This document shows, in pieces, positions 11,759-24,326 of a DNA stretch of 64,000 nucleotides (its first letter is position 1; each line of letters begins with the position of its first letter). Location: NCBI GenBank assembly GCA_951406725.2, contig OX597823.1:47120001-47184000 (forward strand), given 5' to 3'. The DNA is from Octopus vulgaris. Taxonomy: Eukaryota. Both the position numbers and the translations under genes were made by a program. Below the pieces are notes generated by a model, which was given only the letters and a program-made list of their open reading frames with translations, was not told the origin of the DNA and ran no database searches.

Positions 11759-12486
11759 AGTACTGGGGTCGATGCGCTCGACTAAAATTGTCCAAAGCGG
11801 TGCACCAGCATGGTCGCAGTCCAATGACTGAATCAAATAAAAGCAAAAGCAAGCTAAAGAAAAAATACATAATACGCACACACACACACACACACGACTT
11901 CTGGAGGAGGTTATATACAATAAAATATGTATTAGGTTTTAGGTGCTAGTGTTATGACAGGACTTTCCTGAAAATGCAATATATACAAAACAGTGAGTGA
12001 GTGAAGATTTCTGTGGTGAATCGTAAAAAATGTGTATACATGCGTTTTTCGAGAGTTTTAAAAAAACGATACGTTTTGCAGTTAAAATAGTCATTGTACG
12101 ATTTGCGCCTGCAGATGTTGATCTGATAGTGTTAAACCATTGAAAATAGAATTTAATGACAGAATGGTTCATTATGAATATTGCCAGCAGCTGTAAAACC
12201 CGAAATTGTTAAATAATACTGAGAAAAACTCTTTGCCAACTACCACCACCACCACCACCAACACCACCACCACAGCAACAACAACAATAACGACAACAAC
12301 ATCACCATCTTAGCCATCCATCCCCACGCTTTACACATATTCACTGCCGACATCATACAATTGTCGAGTAAATTACTTTCATTGACTTGACAAACTGACA
12401 GAGAAGACAACCAAAGTTCAGATCGCTAATACTTCCCTTAGTCCTTCCCACTCCCTCCTCTATACTTTTATTCTCTCTCTCCCTCC

Positions 12487-12528
<42 letters not shown>

Positions 12529-12877
12529 CTCTCTCTCTCTCTCTCTCTGTCTACCACCGCTCTTTCTCCCTCTCTCTCTTATACGCGTATGTTTGGAGGC
12601 TATTTAACAAGCTGACCGCCTGTTTACCGTTTACCGTAGAGTCAAATATAAACTACATATGCACACATCCGCATGTACTTACGTACATGAATACGTACAT
12701 ACGTACGTACGTACATAATGCATAAACCGACTGCTTCCCTATCCTTCTTATTCACAACTAAAACATATGCACTATTATTGATGTACTATTACAACATAAT
12801 AGTAAATGTTTGAACGACAATCTTGAAAGATTTTCATGCAAGCGAAGTCAACAGTTAACCTGCACTTAACACAAACA

Positions 12878-13530
12878 TATGAAGGGGTGCTGAAAAGTTT
12901 CTGGCTTCGGGTAAAAGAAATTACAGGATAATCAGCTAATTATGATTTTATTCAATATATAGGCGCAGGAGTGGCTGTGTGGTAAATAGCTTGTTTATCA
13001 ACCACATGGTTCCGGGTTCAGTCCCACTGCGTGGCACCTTGGGCAAAGTGTCTTCTACTATAGCCACGGATCGACCAAAGCCTTGTGAGTGGATTTGGTA
13101 TACGGAAACTGAAAGAAGCCCGTCGTATATATATGTATATGTATGCGTGTGTTGTGTGTATTTGTGTGTCTGTGTTTGTCCCCCTAGCATTGCTTGACAA
13201 CCGATGCTGGTGTGTTTATGTCCCCGTTACTTAGCGGTTCGGCAAAAGGAGACCGATAGAATAAGTACTGGGCTTACAAAAGAATAAATCCCGGAGTCGA
13301 GTTGCTCGATTAAAGGCGGGGCTCCAGCATGGCCGCAGTCAAAGGACTGAAAAAAGTAAAAGAGTAAAGAGTAAATAAAAGAGTAAAATATTCCTCTCTC
13401 AGATTCATACACTTATTGCAGCAGTCCTTCAGTTTTTCTAAGCCCTGTAAAAGATCTCGGAAGGTTGAACCTCCAGGCAGGCGTTTCGCGACACCCTTAA
13501 AACCAGGAACTTTTTCAACATTACCTCGTA
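12878..13530 (-). mobile_element. Mariner-derived MITE split by a family-A SINE
   Basis: TIR-like ends tatgaaggggtgctgaaaagt / aactttttcaacattacctcgta. Encodes the remnant LQGLEKLKDCCNKCMNLREEY. SINE inserted at 12961-13388. Confidence 0.8.
12961..13388 (+). mobile_element. SINE family A, full length (tRNA head, CORE-like ccttgggcaa.gt, internal TA/TG tract, (AAAGAGT)n tail)
   Basis: A box tggctgtgtgg and B box ggttcagtccc. At least 15 related copies in the window. Resembles the described octopus tRNA-derived CORE SINEs; family name not verified. Confidence 0.9.
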
Positions 13531-13533
13531 CAC

Positions 13534-13754
13534 ACGAAAAGATGCTGAAAAAGTTCCTGGCTTTGGGTAAAAGACAATACACGAGGAACATTTAATTATT
13601 CGTTTACTCAACACATTTCCCTCTCAGATTCACACTTCACGCATTTATTGCAGCGGTCCTTCAGTTTATCTAAGCCCTGTGAAAGAATTCAGAAAGTTGG
13701 GCTTCTAGCTAGGCCCTTCGCGATACCCTTAACTTTTCAGCACCCTCTCGAATA
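13534..13754 (-). mobile_element. Second mariner-derived MITE, directly adjacent
   Basis: Collinear with 12878-13530 once the SINE is removed. Confidence 0.8.
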
Positions 13755-14029
13755 ACACTTTTCATTGTTGTTGTCCGAATTCTAGCGATGGTAGTTTGTT
13801 TCTTTGTTAAGAACCAGGTTTTTGCTTGTAGGAAGCATTTAAATGATTAAGGAAGAAAAAGAAATCATATAAAACATACGTACATAACCGCAGGCATAGC
13901 TCTATGGTTAAGATTTTCGCTTTGTTTGCAACCGCGTGGCTTTGGGCTCAGTCCTACGGCAACTGGGGCAAGTGTCTTCTGCAATAGCCTCGGCTAACCA
14001 ATGCTGAAAAATAAATCGTGTGTGTGCAA

Positions 14030-14420
14030 TAGATGGCTGAAAATGTTCATGATCACATAACCCCCTAACATTTGGCCTAATTCCCCAGATCTCAAGCCAT
14101 TGAACTATTATATGTGGAGCGTTGACAGAGAGAGAGAGAGAGATCAATGAACATACCCATAACACCAAATATTCTTTGAAAGTTGCCATAGTCAGAGTAA
14201 TGTTCAAAATGAACCAGGACCACTTGATTCGAGCTTGTAGATGATTTAGATCACATATAGAAGCAGTTGTTGAAGCTGAAGGTAGCTTTATTGAATAACA
14301 TTATAGAAAAGAAGGTTTATTTTTATCCTCATAGCATTTTTTGATAAATAAAGTTATCTGTTACGTATCTTTTTTTTTATATAAACATAAATCTGTGCTC
14401 AAATATCTTACGCACCTGTT
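14030..14420 (+). mobile_element. Degenerate DD37D/maT transposase 3' fragment with terminus
   Basis: PNIWPNSPDLKPLNYYMWSV...LIRACR*FRSHIEAVVEAEGSFIE*. Ends in acgcacctgt. Confidence 0.75.
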
Positions 14421-14441
14421 TATATATATACATATATATAC

Positions 14442-14543
<102 letters not shown>

Positions 14544-14828
14544 TATATACATATACACATATAGCATATACACACACATACACACATACACATATATATA
14601 ATTGTTAATAATAAAGAGTACGGAAATTCCTATATCCACAAAATTTATATTATACAGCATATTATAACGACCTACACATGTTTGCTCTTCAGCGACTCCT
14701 CACTGTTGTACATGCAAGCTTGCAATATTGCCTGTGCAGCTTCATCAGGGTCCACTCAACCGCTAAGTGGAACTTCTCTGAGAGCTAATACGGTATGCCC
14801 CTGGATAATATATCCCTCCAAACTTATA

Positions 14829-14860
<32 letters not shown>

Positions 14861-15311
14861 ATTAGGGAATAAATCCAAACTTACAGGGAAAAATTAGATT
14901 TAGGATTAAATCCAATTTTATAGTATAAATATATTATATCATATTATATTAAATTAGAGATAAAACCACTATTAGGCAAATCAAACAGTGAATAACATAA
15001 GCCAATACATAAAATTAATTTTAAAATATAAAAGTTAAAATTTTTAAAAATTATTTAAATAATTTAAACTTATAAATTTTAAATATATATATATACAAAT
15101 ATAAGGGGTAAACGTTTTTATTTCTCTTTCTATTTCAGAATTACAACTACTTAGCGGTATGAGTTTTGGCTGCTCTTTCTAGTGAGTCGAATGTCCTATA
15201 TGGCCATTCCTTATATTGTTGAACGTATATTATATAGTCTTTGACTATTTTTTCTTTGTCACTAGACCGCTGGTAGCGGAGAATTTTTTCTAGAATTTTT
15301 TGCTATATTTA

Positions 15312-15436
<125 letters not shown>

Positions 15437-16119
15437 TTATTACTTTATTTATTTATTAATTAATTAATTTTTTAATTATATAAATTATATAAATTTAATA
15501 TAATTATATAAATTTAATATAAATATCAAAAGTATTAAAAGTTTAATAAAAGATATATATATATATGGCGCAGGAGTGGCTGTGTGGTAAGTAGCTTGCT
15601 TGCCAACAACATGGTTCCAGGTTCAGTCCCACTGCGAGGCTCCTTGGACAAGTATCTTCTACTACTAAAGCCTTGTGAGCGGATTTAGTAGTTTCAAGTA
15701 CACTTCCTCGCTGAAAACCGATCATATCATGGAAATACACACGGAAATCCATGAATATCCGAAGATTAAATATAAAAATGTGTAAACAGGAAGTGATTGG
15801 ATGGAACAATGACACTTTTTTTCATCATACTACAATCGCTTCTTCTTCACTTTGCCAGCAGATAGTTGCTAAAATATTATTATATAATAAATGCATTAAA
15901 TTCATGCATTACATCCGTATCATTTCAGCAACAACGACAAATTAAGACTTCTCAAGCATGAACGTAAAATGTTTGCAGCATTAGAATTAAGCAAATAAGC
16001 GTATTTGCCCAATCCAATTCGTCTTGACTACACATTCACACACACCCACAAGCGCGCGCACACGTGTGTGTGTATATATAAATATGTGTGTGTGTGTGTG
16101 TGTGTGTGTCTCTGTGTGT

Positions 16120-16150
<31 letters not shown>

Positions 16151-16152
<2 letters not shown>

Positions 16153-16435
16153 GAGGCGCAATGGTCCAGTGGTTAAGGCAGCGGACACGCGGTTGTATGA
16201 TCGCGGTTTCGATTCCCAGACCGGGCGTTGTGAGTGTTTATTGAGCGAAAACACCTAAAGCTCCACGAGGTGGTGGTGATCCTTGCTGTACTCTTTCGCT
16301 ACAACTTTCTCTCACTCTTTCTTCTGTTAGCCTGCTCGCTTAACCAACGGGGTGGCGTCATTTGAAGGCTAAAACAATGGTGAGCGCATTGTGACCAGCG
16401 ATGTGTAGCAACATTTGATAGCCTGGTTGGTCACG

Positions 16436-16440
<5 letters not shown>
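16151..16440 (+). mobile_element. SINE with family-C tRNA head and alternative tail 2
   Basis: Head follows 21347-21530 (ggaggcgcaatggtccagtgg...ggtttcgattccc). Tail is unrelated (ggggtggcgtcatttgaagg...tcacggtgat). Confidence 0.8.
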
Positions 16441-16509
<69 letters not shown>

Positions 16510-16510
<1 letters not shown>

Positions 16511-16715
16511 ATATGTGACCGCGTGTTTATCGTTGGCGATTTTCTTTCTCCGTCTTCCCTTCGACCCTTCCTTTCTCTATGTTTCTGACGAAGAGTTCCG
16601 CTCGAAACGTTAAATCCGCTTTCTTACCTTTCCTGAACGTCCAACAACACTATACTTATTCCACGTCCTCGCGTTGTTGCGTTTTCTCTTTGTTCATGTT
16701 TGGATTAACTATATA
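16510..16715 (+). mobile_element. Penelope-like pLTR-type repeat containing a minimal hammerhead core
   Basis: ttt-CTGACGA-a-gag-ttccg-ctc-GAAAC-GTT-aaa at 16582-16614. Flanked by (TA)n. Confidence 0.6.
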
Positions 16716-16965
16716 TATATATATATACATACATAGATACATACATGTGTGTGTATGTATGTGTGTATGTGTGTAAGGATGCATGAAATTTCTTGCATTT
16801 CGTAACTTCACAATTTTCTTTTCCCAAATTCCATGCACAAAGAATTGGCCAACACTTTGGATCGAATTTACAAGTACGAGATTGCGAGGCGAATCATAAC
16901 CTTCAAAGCTGTTCCTATGAGCATAGTCTGTTTGTGTGTTCCTGTCAGTTTACATATACGCATAC

Positions 16966-17388
16966 ATGCATACATACATACATACATACATACATACATA
17001 CATACATACATACATACATACATACATACATACGTACGTACATACATACATACATACATACAAACATGCACACATACGTACATACATACATACATACACA
17101 CATACATACATACATACATACATACATACATACATACATACATACAAACATACACACACACATACATACAAACATACATACATACACACATACATACATA
17201 CATACACATACATACACACATACATACATACACACATACATACATACATACATACATACATACATACATACATACATACATACATACATACATACATACA
17301 TACATACATACATACATACATACATACATACATACATACATACATACATACATACATACATACATACATACATACATACATACATACA
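16966..17388. repeat. (TACA)n microsatellite, ~420 bp
   Basis: Direct inspection. Confidence 0.95.
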
Positions 17389-17389
17389 T

Positions 17390-17750
17390 GCTATCGTGCC
17401 ATCTGTCCTCTACAAAATTCATGTTCACATCAAACCACAAACACTAAGACAGAACTATTTCATTTCAAATGGTCCTTCACTCCTTAACATCATCATGCCA
17501 AGACATGAGAGGAGAAAAATGATCTCATAATATTCAAACAGTTCCTGAGCAAATCAGCTTCCAGATAAACTACCTACTCCCGGATGTATCTCTGCAAACA
17601 AATACTCTTTACTCTTTAATGGGCTATAGTGCCCGAGCACTGACTGCAATATGAAACATCATTAAATAGCTTTTCCAGGTGGTACTCTTTAGTTAACGAT
17701 GGCCTGGTCCAATCCTGGCGGAAACTTATCTAAGTATATAAGTATATAGT
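17390..17750 (+). mobile_element. CR1-clade LINE 3' fragment
   Basis: TLRQNYFISNGPSLLNII..LPDKLPTPGCISANKYSLL. 3' end caggtggtact...atggcctgg...gaaacttatctaagt resembles 26065-26135. Confidence 0.7.
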
Positions 17751-18199
17751 ATGTAGATGGGGTTATGATCCAAGCTGTGTCTTCACGAATCACATCTGCA
17801 TATTTCAGTACTCCAATGTGTATTTGTAGATATTGGAGAGTTTCTGTTATATACGATAAAAAAACATAAAGCAAAAGACTGTTTTGATGTGTAGTTCATA
17901 TTTCCTTTATTAATATTACTTCTGTTTGAGGCGTTTAATTCTCACCCAGTTGGCCCCGGGGGAGAGGGAAAAAAAATAGATAGATTGATAGATAGGTCGA
18001 TGAAGCCTCAGTTTGTTTCCAGTTAGCACGACTCCTTCCTGGGCTCGCTCCACCTGATCCGCAGGTACCTTGAGGCAATCCCGGCCCACCTGGTGGCCTT
18101 AACCCATAAGGTAGCTGTCGCCTTTGGAACAACTGTGTCGACCACTGCATTTTGCTTCATCAGTTGTTTCGTAAATCCACATGGGATAGCTAAAATGGG

Positions 18200-18470
18200 T
18201 GAAGGCACATGGCTGGTCGGTTAGAGCGTCGGGCCCACCATCATGATGTAGTGAGTTCGATTCCCGGACCAGGCTGGGTGTTGTGTTCTTGAGCACGACA
18301 ATTTATTTCACGTTGCTCCAGTCCACTCAGCTGTAGAAATGGCGTGGAGATGGGAGGCTAGTATGCATGAGAGACTGCTGGTCTTCCATAAACAACCTTG
18401 CCCGAACTGGTGCCTCGGAGAGTAACTTTCTAGGTGCAATCCCATGGTCATTCATGACCGGAAGGGGTTC
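18200..18470 (+). mobile_element. tRNA-derived SINE with V-like domain and a distinct tail
   Basis: A/B boxes tggctggtcgg and gttcgattccc, then ttgtgttcttgagca...ctccagtccactcagctgta. Confidence 0.7.
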
Positions 18471-18820
18471 CTATTTTTAGCTAAAAACTATATACTTTTT
18501 AAAGCGAGATCGGCGACCAGGTATCACTTTAAAAAGTTTATAGCATGAGCAATTCGATTATCTCGCACCGGAGACGGAAAACAACCCAGAGACCTAGGTC
18601 TGTGAGTATCATGAAGAGTAGAGATGGGAGCGATAAACTCCCTTGCTCATACTATACGGACACAAACTGTGTATCGGTAGCCAACTGGAAAAGATGCTTT
18701 CCTGGGGGCTGAACAATAGTAACATCGTCCTGTGTAGGACTGCTACATTCTGTTGGCAAATAAACTTTACTAATTTATTGATAGTTAACTGAGAAATTAA
18801 TTTAATATAGCTATGAGATA

Positions 18821-19310
18821 CCGTAAATCTCGAGTATAATCCGCCCTTGAGTATAATACGCAGGAGAAATTTTTAGTGGGCTGTACCTCAGAAAAAACTA
18901 AACCTTGTATATAATACGCATCCCTTTTCTAATTTGAGTCAAGGAGGTTTATATAACGTCATTGGTTTGTAAAAATGTATACGGTAACGTCCTTTATCAT
19001 TACTGTACATATAACATAATGCAAACGTGTAGCTTTTTGGGGCATTTTGTTTGCAGAAAATAAAGAAATAATAGTAATAACAGTAATAACGTTTAATAAA
19101 TGTTGCTAACAGCAAGTTACGGATGATTTAAGGTATTTTCGCGCCTGACATCACTATATGCGTCTGAATAAACATTGCCAGACAACAAATAGAGACTCGG
19201 ACATTGCTTAGAAAATGATTTTCATTTTTAACCTCGTATATAGTACGCACTAGGGATTTTGACCTTTAAATTTTGGGGAAAAAATGCGGATTATACTCGA
19301 GGATTTACGG
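18821..19310. mobile_element. pogo/Tc2-like MITE, copy 1
   Basis: TIRs ccgtaaatctcgagtataatccgc / gcggattatactcgaggatttacgg. TA TSD. Same family as 62968-63483. Confidence 0.85.
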
Positions 19311-19609
19311 TAACCAAAATTAACTGACTAAAAGGTGGAAATTAAGGCCGCTCGCGCTTAGATTTACAAATAAAGACGTGTGATGGCAATTGAAAAAGAA
19401 ATCTTAGCTGTATTTTTAATATGCTGACAATATCAGGCAAGGATAAGTGGAAGGAACTGAGTGCTTATTAGCAAGAGTGCTTGCTATAGAGTACAAAAGA
19501 GTACAAGAGTATTTTGTTCTATACAAAGAACACTCTATAGATGAATATAACCTCGTTTGAAACAAACTCAGAACTAGTTATAACAGTAAAACTGATGCTG
19601 ATCCTGCGG

Positions 19610-19636
19610 TTTTAGTGGTGGTGGCAGCAGTGGTAC

Positions 19637-19667
<31 letters not shown>

Positions 19668-19960
19668 TAGCAATAACAAGAGCAAACCAGATCAGTAAGC
19701 AGGAGTGGCTGCAGTAGTGAGATTAGCTCGCAGGTATATCAACAAGGAAACAAGAAAAGCAACAACAACAACAACAACATCACCAACAACAGCAACAAAA
19801 GGAGCTATAGTAGCAACGACAGCAGCGGCTGTAGCATCAATGATAGCAACCGCAGCAATTTCAGTAAGAACATCAAGGAGGTCAACGGTAATAACATCAT
19901 CGATATAAGCAACAGCAGCCGCAGCAGCCGCAGCAGCAATGGCACCAAACTGCAGCATCC
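19610..19960. repeat. Degenerate trinucleotide (AGT/AAC/AGC) low-complexity tract
   Basis: Direct inspection; source of the poly-Ala/Thr/Val ORFs. Confidence 0.8.
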
Positions 19961-20782
19961 TTGATCGCAAACAGTTTATGTTAAAACAAATGCGCGAAAA
20001 AAAGGTGATTAAGACCAGGAAAATAAGATCAGCAGAAGCGATTAAATTTCCGTCCAGTTATTTTTTCAAGGAAGGATATATTGGTGACAGATTTATAGAA
20101 TGGGGTATCAGGAGTAACTAGTTGATAATGAAGAAGAAGAATTTTTCTAAGGGATCCAAAGAGAAAAGCTTCTATTCGGTTGCTCATCCTCTTAGAATAG
20201 CAGGAAAATTTTTCCTTCAGACTATATATATACTCTGCCGTCTTGCGAAAATGGACACATTAGATGCGTTGTCAAAGATAAAGCTATTCTTCAAAATAGA
20301 TGGGATTGTCACGCTGGAATAAATTTGCTTGTTCAGCACTTAATCTAGGGATAAATAACAAAAAACTACTTGATGTTGAAGTACAGAAACGTAGAGAGGA
20401 TGGTGGTAACTTAGAAAGGGATGAGGAAATATTTCTTGTATATTTAGCGACTGAAGCAAATCATGATTTAAAAAAAAAAATTTTTTTTTACTTTACACAG
20501 AATATGAGAACGGCCATTAAAACATTACATAGAAAAACTATAAACATATTAATACTACTATTCCAAGATTAAGTTTCTTTATTGGCCACACAAGGCTGCA
20601 CACAGATGGGACAAATTACAAGGTAGAGCTTTTCTTTTGGGGGATGAAAAAAAAAAAAAAAAAAACAAAAAAAAAAGTGGCGTAGGTTTTCGATCAAAAG
20701 GGATCGTAAAAGGTAAAAAAAAAAAAAAGGAAAACTGAGAAGCAAAGTGGTGAAATAGAATAGCAATACCTAGAAAAAACTT

Positions 20783-20854
20783 AATAAAATTATCTTATAC
20801 TGGGAACGAATTTTAAAGATTTAAAATTCGTTCCCAATATACGATAATTTTATT
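20783..20854. repeat. Palindrome with 35 bp arms and a 2 nt loop
   Basis: aataaaattatcttatactgggaacgaattttaaa-ga-tttaaaattcgttcccaatatacgataattttatt; 2 mismatches. Confidence 0.9.
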
Positions 20855-21346
20855 TTGAAGAAGGACTTCTTCAGAAATTCAGATGGATCAAGCAGCAATG
20901 TTTCATCCAAGATAAGTAACATTCTCAAAAAAATCCTAATACGAAGCCGTATTCTCTAAGCTCATTAAAAGAATTTTTCAATGTTCGCCCTCCGGAGATT
21001 TTTAACTTGGACAAGAATCTCCGTACACAAGTCACTCACACACTTAGCTTTCATAAAAGTTATAGCAGCCAATAAAATATATTGATTTCAAATTTTGGTA
21101 CAAAGCCAGCAGTGTCAGGGTGGTGAGTTAGTCGAATACATTGACCCAGTGTTCAACTGATTCTATCGACCCCGAAAATATGAGCAGCGGAATTTGAACT
21201 CAGAACAAGAAGACAGGCGAAACGTCGGTAAGCATTTCGCACGGTGTGCTAACGATTCTCCCAGCTTGCCGCCTTAGACTATAAGGTATGTAAATTTCTG
21301 ATATAGACACACAGTCAGATTTGAAGAAAGGATATAACCGATTGAA

Positions 21347-21735
21347 GTGGAGGCGCAATGGCCCAGTGGTTAGGGCAGCGGACTCGCGGTCGTAGGATCG
21401 CGGTTTCGATTCCCAGACCGGGCGTTGTGAGTGTTTATTGAGCGAAAACACCTAAAGCTCCACGAGGCTCCGGCAGGGGATGGTGGTGATCCCTGCTGTA
21501 CTCTTTCACCACAACTTTCTCTCACTCTTTCTTCCTGTTTCTGTTGTACCTGTATTTCAAAGGGCCGGCCTTGTCACTCTCTATGTCACGCTGAATATCC
21601 CCGAGAACTACGTTAAGGGTAAATGTGTCTGCGGAGTGCTCAGCCACTTACACGTTAATTTCACGAGCAGGCTGTTCCGTTGATTCGGATCAACCGGAAC
21701 CCTCGTCGTCGTAACCGACGGAGTGCTTCCATTCC
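21347..21735 (+). mobile_element. SINE family C, full length, with 13 bp TSD
   Basis: tRNA-like head with A/B boxes. TSD ataaccgattgaa at 21334-21346 and 21736-21748. Confidence 0.92.
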
Positions 21736-21989
21736 ATAACCGATTGAAATCGACTCCAGTCTTTGTCAGATATTGTATGTTATCGTCCTCGGAATGATGA
21801 ATAACTTCGCTGGAATATGACCTAAAAACTGCAAGGCATTTTCTCCAACGCTCTACAGAATTATATTGATATCAACTCAAATCTAGTATCAGATGTTTAC
21901 CACACAACATTCGATAATGATACGAAACTGTTCAAGTATCCGTTATAAATATGAATGTTACAAAACATCTGACAGTCTTAAAGTAGGTC

Positions 21990-22400
21990 AATTGTAGAAA
22001 TTCACAAACGAGGAAGCAGAGTAAAACCAAGTAATTCCTCACACATATTTCAAGGAATACTTGGAAAAATTTATTAGTTCTTTGATAAGCAATAATTTCT
22101 TCATCGATATTTAACATGGTTTTTGTTGTGGAGACGTAGCTGTTTCCCGCCTCATTCAGAATTTTCTCGAGATACTGACGAGATATTTTGGTAGGCGTAT
22201 TAACTGGCTTTAATGAGACGTTGCCAAGCCATTCACAACTATGATATAGTGGTATCATAGGACAATTAGATTCCAGATTCTCTGAGTCTAAATGACAACC
22301 ATCAAATGTGCACGGTAAAATAACTTGTAGCTAGTAGAAATCTACAAGATACTGCTCTCAGACCTTTCTTTTCAGCTTCATGTTGAGACATGGCTGGAGA
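21990..22400 (-). pseudogene. Possible highly decayed piggyBac-like transposase fragment
   Basis: KISRQYLEKILNE..MLNIDEEIIAYQRTNKFFQ resembles the first-Asp motif (LsIDEsMIPyxGR) of piggyBac/PGBD. Weak. Confidence 0.35.
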
Positions 22401-22736
22401 AGTTCAGCCCAATTAGTGATCTCCGCGAAGTAAGGTATCACTTGAAAGTAACAGCTTTTGATGTTAAGACTAGTATATATTTATGAAACGGAATGGAATA
22501 ATATTATGAACTTAACAAAATTCTTTACTTTTATTATATGAAAAAAGGAGTCTGTACTTAACTTTGAAGAACGCACAATTTCCACCAGAATCAGTCGCGA
22601 TTTGCGAATTGAAATATCTTTTGATATATCCTTTTTGTCACGCATTCACTGTTTAACATCTAAGTGACATAGCATAACAAGCAATAAATGAGAGATTGTA
22701 AGCAGAATTACTGTTTACAATTCTGACATCCTAATA

Positions 22737-23157
22737 CTCTTTCTCTCTTTCTCTCTTTTACTTGTTTCAGTCATTTGACTGCGGCCATGCTGGAGCACCG
22801 CCTTCTAGTCGAGTAAATCGACCCCAGGACTTATTCTTTGTAAGCCTAGTACTTATTCTATCAGTCCCTTTTGCTGAACCGCTAAGTTACGGGGACGTAA
22901 ACACACCAGCATCGGTTGTCAAGCAATGGTGGGGGGGGGGACAAACACAGACACACAAACATATACACACATACATATATATACATATATACGACGAGCT
23001 TCTTCCAATTTCCATCTAATAAATCCACTCACAAGGCTTTGGTCGGCCCGAAGCTATAGCAGAAGACACTTTGCCCAAGGTGCCACGCAGTGGGAATGAA
23101 CCCGGAACCATGTGGTTGGTAAGCAAGCTACTTACCACACAACCACTCCTGCGCCTA
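22737..23157 (-). mobile_element. SINE family A, full length
   Basis: Reverse complement of 12961-13388. Confidence 0.9.
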
Positions 23158-23320
23158 GAGAAAACTATAAAGAAAGGCTACAGTCGTCTTTCGCCGAGAA
23201 AACCACACGTGTACTCAAATATGTGTTAAATACTAAGATATAGATGTGGTGAAGAGATTGATCCGAAATGATATCACATGCGGTCGAGCTTTTTTAACAC
23301 CGGGAAATGTTTCTTACACA

Positions 23321-23736
23321 CGCGCAGGAGTGGCTGTGTGGTAAGTAGCTTGCTTACCAACCACATGGTTCCGGGTTCAGTCCCACTGCGTGACATCTTG
23401 GGCAAGTGTCTTCTACTATAGCCTCGGGCCAACCAAAGCCTTGTGAGTGGATTTGGTAGACGGAAACTGAAAGAAGCCCGTCGTATATATGTATATATAT
23501 ATATATATGCTTGTGTGTTTGTATGTCTGTGTTTGTCGCCCTAGCATTGTTTGACAACCGATGCTGGTGTGTTTATGTCCCCGTTACTTAGCGGTTCGGT
23601 AAAAGAGACCGATAGAATAAGTACTGGACTTACAAAGAATAAGTCCCGGGGTCGAGTTGCTCGATTAAAAGGCGGTGCTCCAGCATGGCCACAGTCAAAT
23701 GACTGAAACAAGTAAAAGAGTAAAGGAGTAAAAGAG
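23321..23736 (+). mobile_element. SINE family A, full length
   Basis: Collinear with 12961-13388. Confidence 0.9.
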
Positions 23737-23938
23737 TATACATATAACAATGTTTTTTTTTGAAACTTTTTGTCTATTTTTAATGGGCAGAAAGTTACAA
23801 AAGTTACTCAAGGCCAGAAAGTTTCGCTCATGCCCACACTGTCCTTTATTTTCTATTTCTGCTGATTGTTCTACCTACACATTGTGTGTGCGTGTGTGTG
23901 TGCGTGTGTGTGTATATATACGTACGTTTTATCAAACG

Positions 23939-24326
23939 GGGGAAGCACTCCGTCGGTTACGACGATGAGGGTTCCGGTTGATCCGAATCAACGGAACAGC
24001 CTGCTCGTGAAATTAACGTGTAAGTGGCTGAGCACTCCACAGACACGTGCACCCTTAACGTAGTTCTCGGGAATATTCAGCGTGACACAGAGAGTGACAA
24101 GGCCAGCCACTTGAAATACAGGTACAACAGAAACAGGATGTAAGAGTGAGAGAAAGTTGTGGTGAAAGAGTACAGCTGGGATCACCACCATCCCCTGCCG
24201 GAGCGTCGTGGAGCTTTTAGGTGTTTTCGCTCAATAAACACTCACAACACCCGGTCTGGGAATCGAAACCGCGATCCTATGACCGCGAGTCCGCTGCCCT
24301 AACCACTGGGCCATTGCGCCTCCACG
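23939..24326 (-). mobile_element. SINE family C, full length, TSD ttatcaaacg
   Basis: Reverse complement of 21347-21735. TSD at 23929-23938 and 24327-24336. Confidence 0.9.

Noticed and set aside
12948-13200. Recurrent peptide family (..YDGLLSVSVYQIHSQG.., ..[13 protein letters not shown]..) as a multigene family
   Set aside because: Translations of family-A SINE copies, with frame not conserved between copies.
16793-17530. Longest ORFs (HTYI/MYVC repeats, up to 245 aa) and similar CV/YI/poly-N/poly-L ORFs throughout
   Set aside because: Stop-free microsatellite frames. The unique tail of this ORF is a CR1 remnant.
17930-18190. HDV-like or hammerhead ribozyme in a GC-rich block
   Set aside because: The minus strand has CTGATGA inside an aacaactg/cagttgtt stem but no GAAA, and no TCC loop/P1.1 for HDV. 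Probably a decayed retroelement piece.
19692-19970. Hydrophobic Ala/Val-rich membrane protein ORF
   Set aside because: Degenerate trinucleotide tract; no splice or domain support.
19960-21040. Host coding exons
   Set aside because: Short broken ORFs with only faint LINE-like character; cannot be assigned.
21347-21425. tRNA gene (also the other A/B-box heads)
   Set aside because: No complete acceptor stem, and it continues into a multi-copy body with TSDs, so it is a SINE head.
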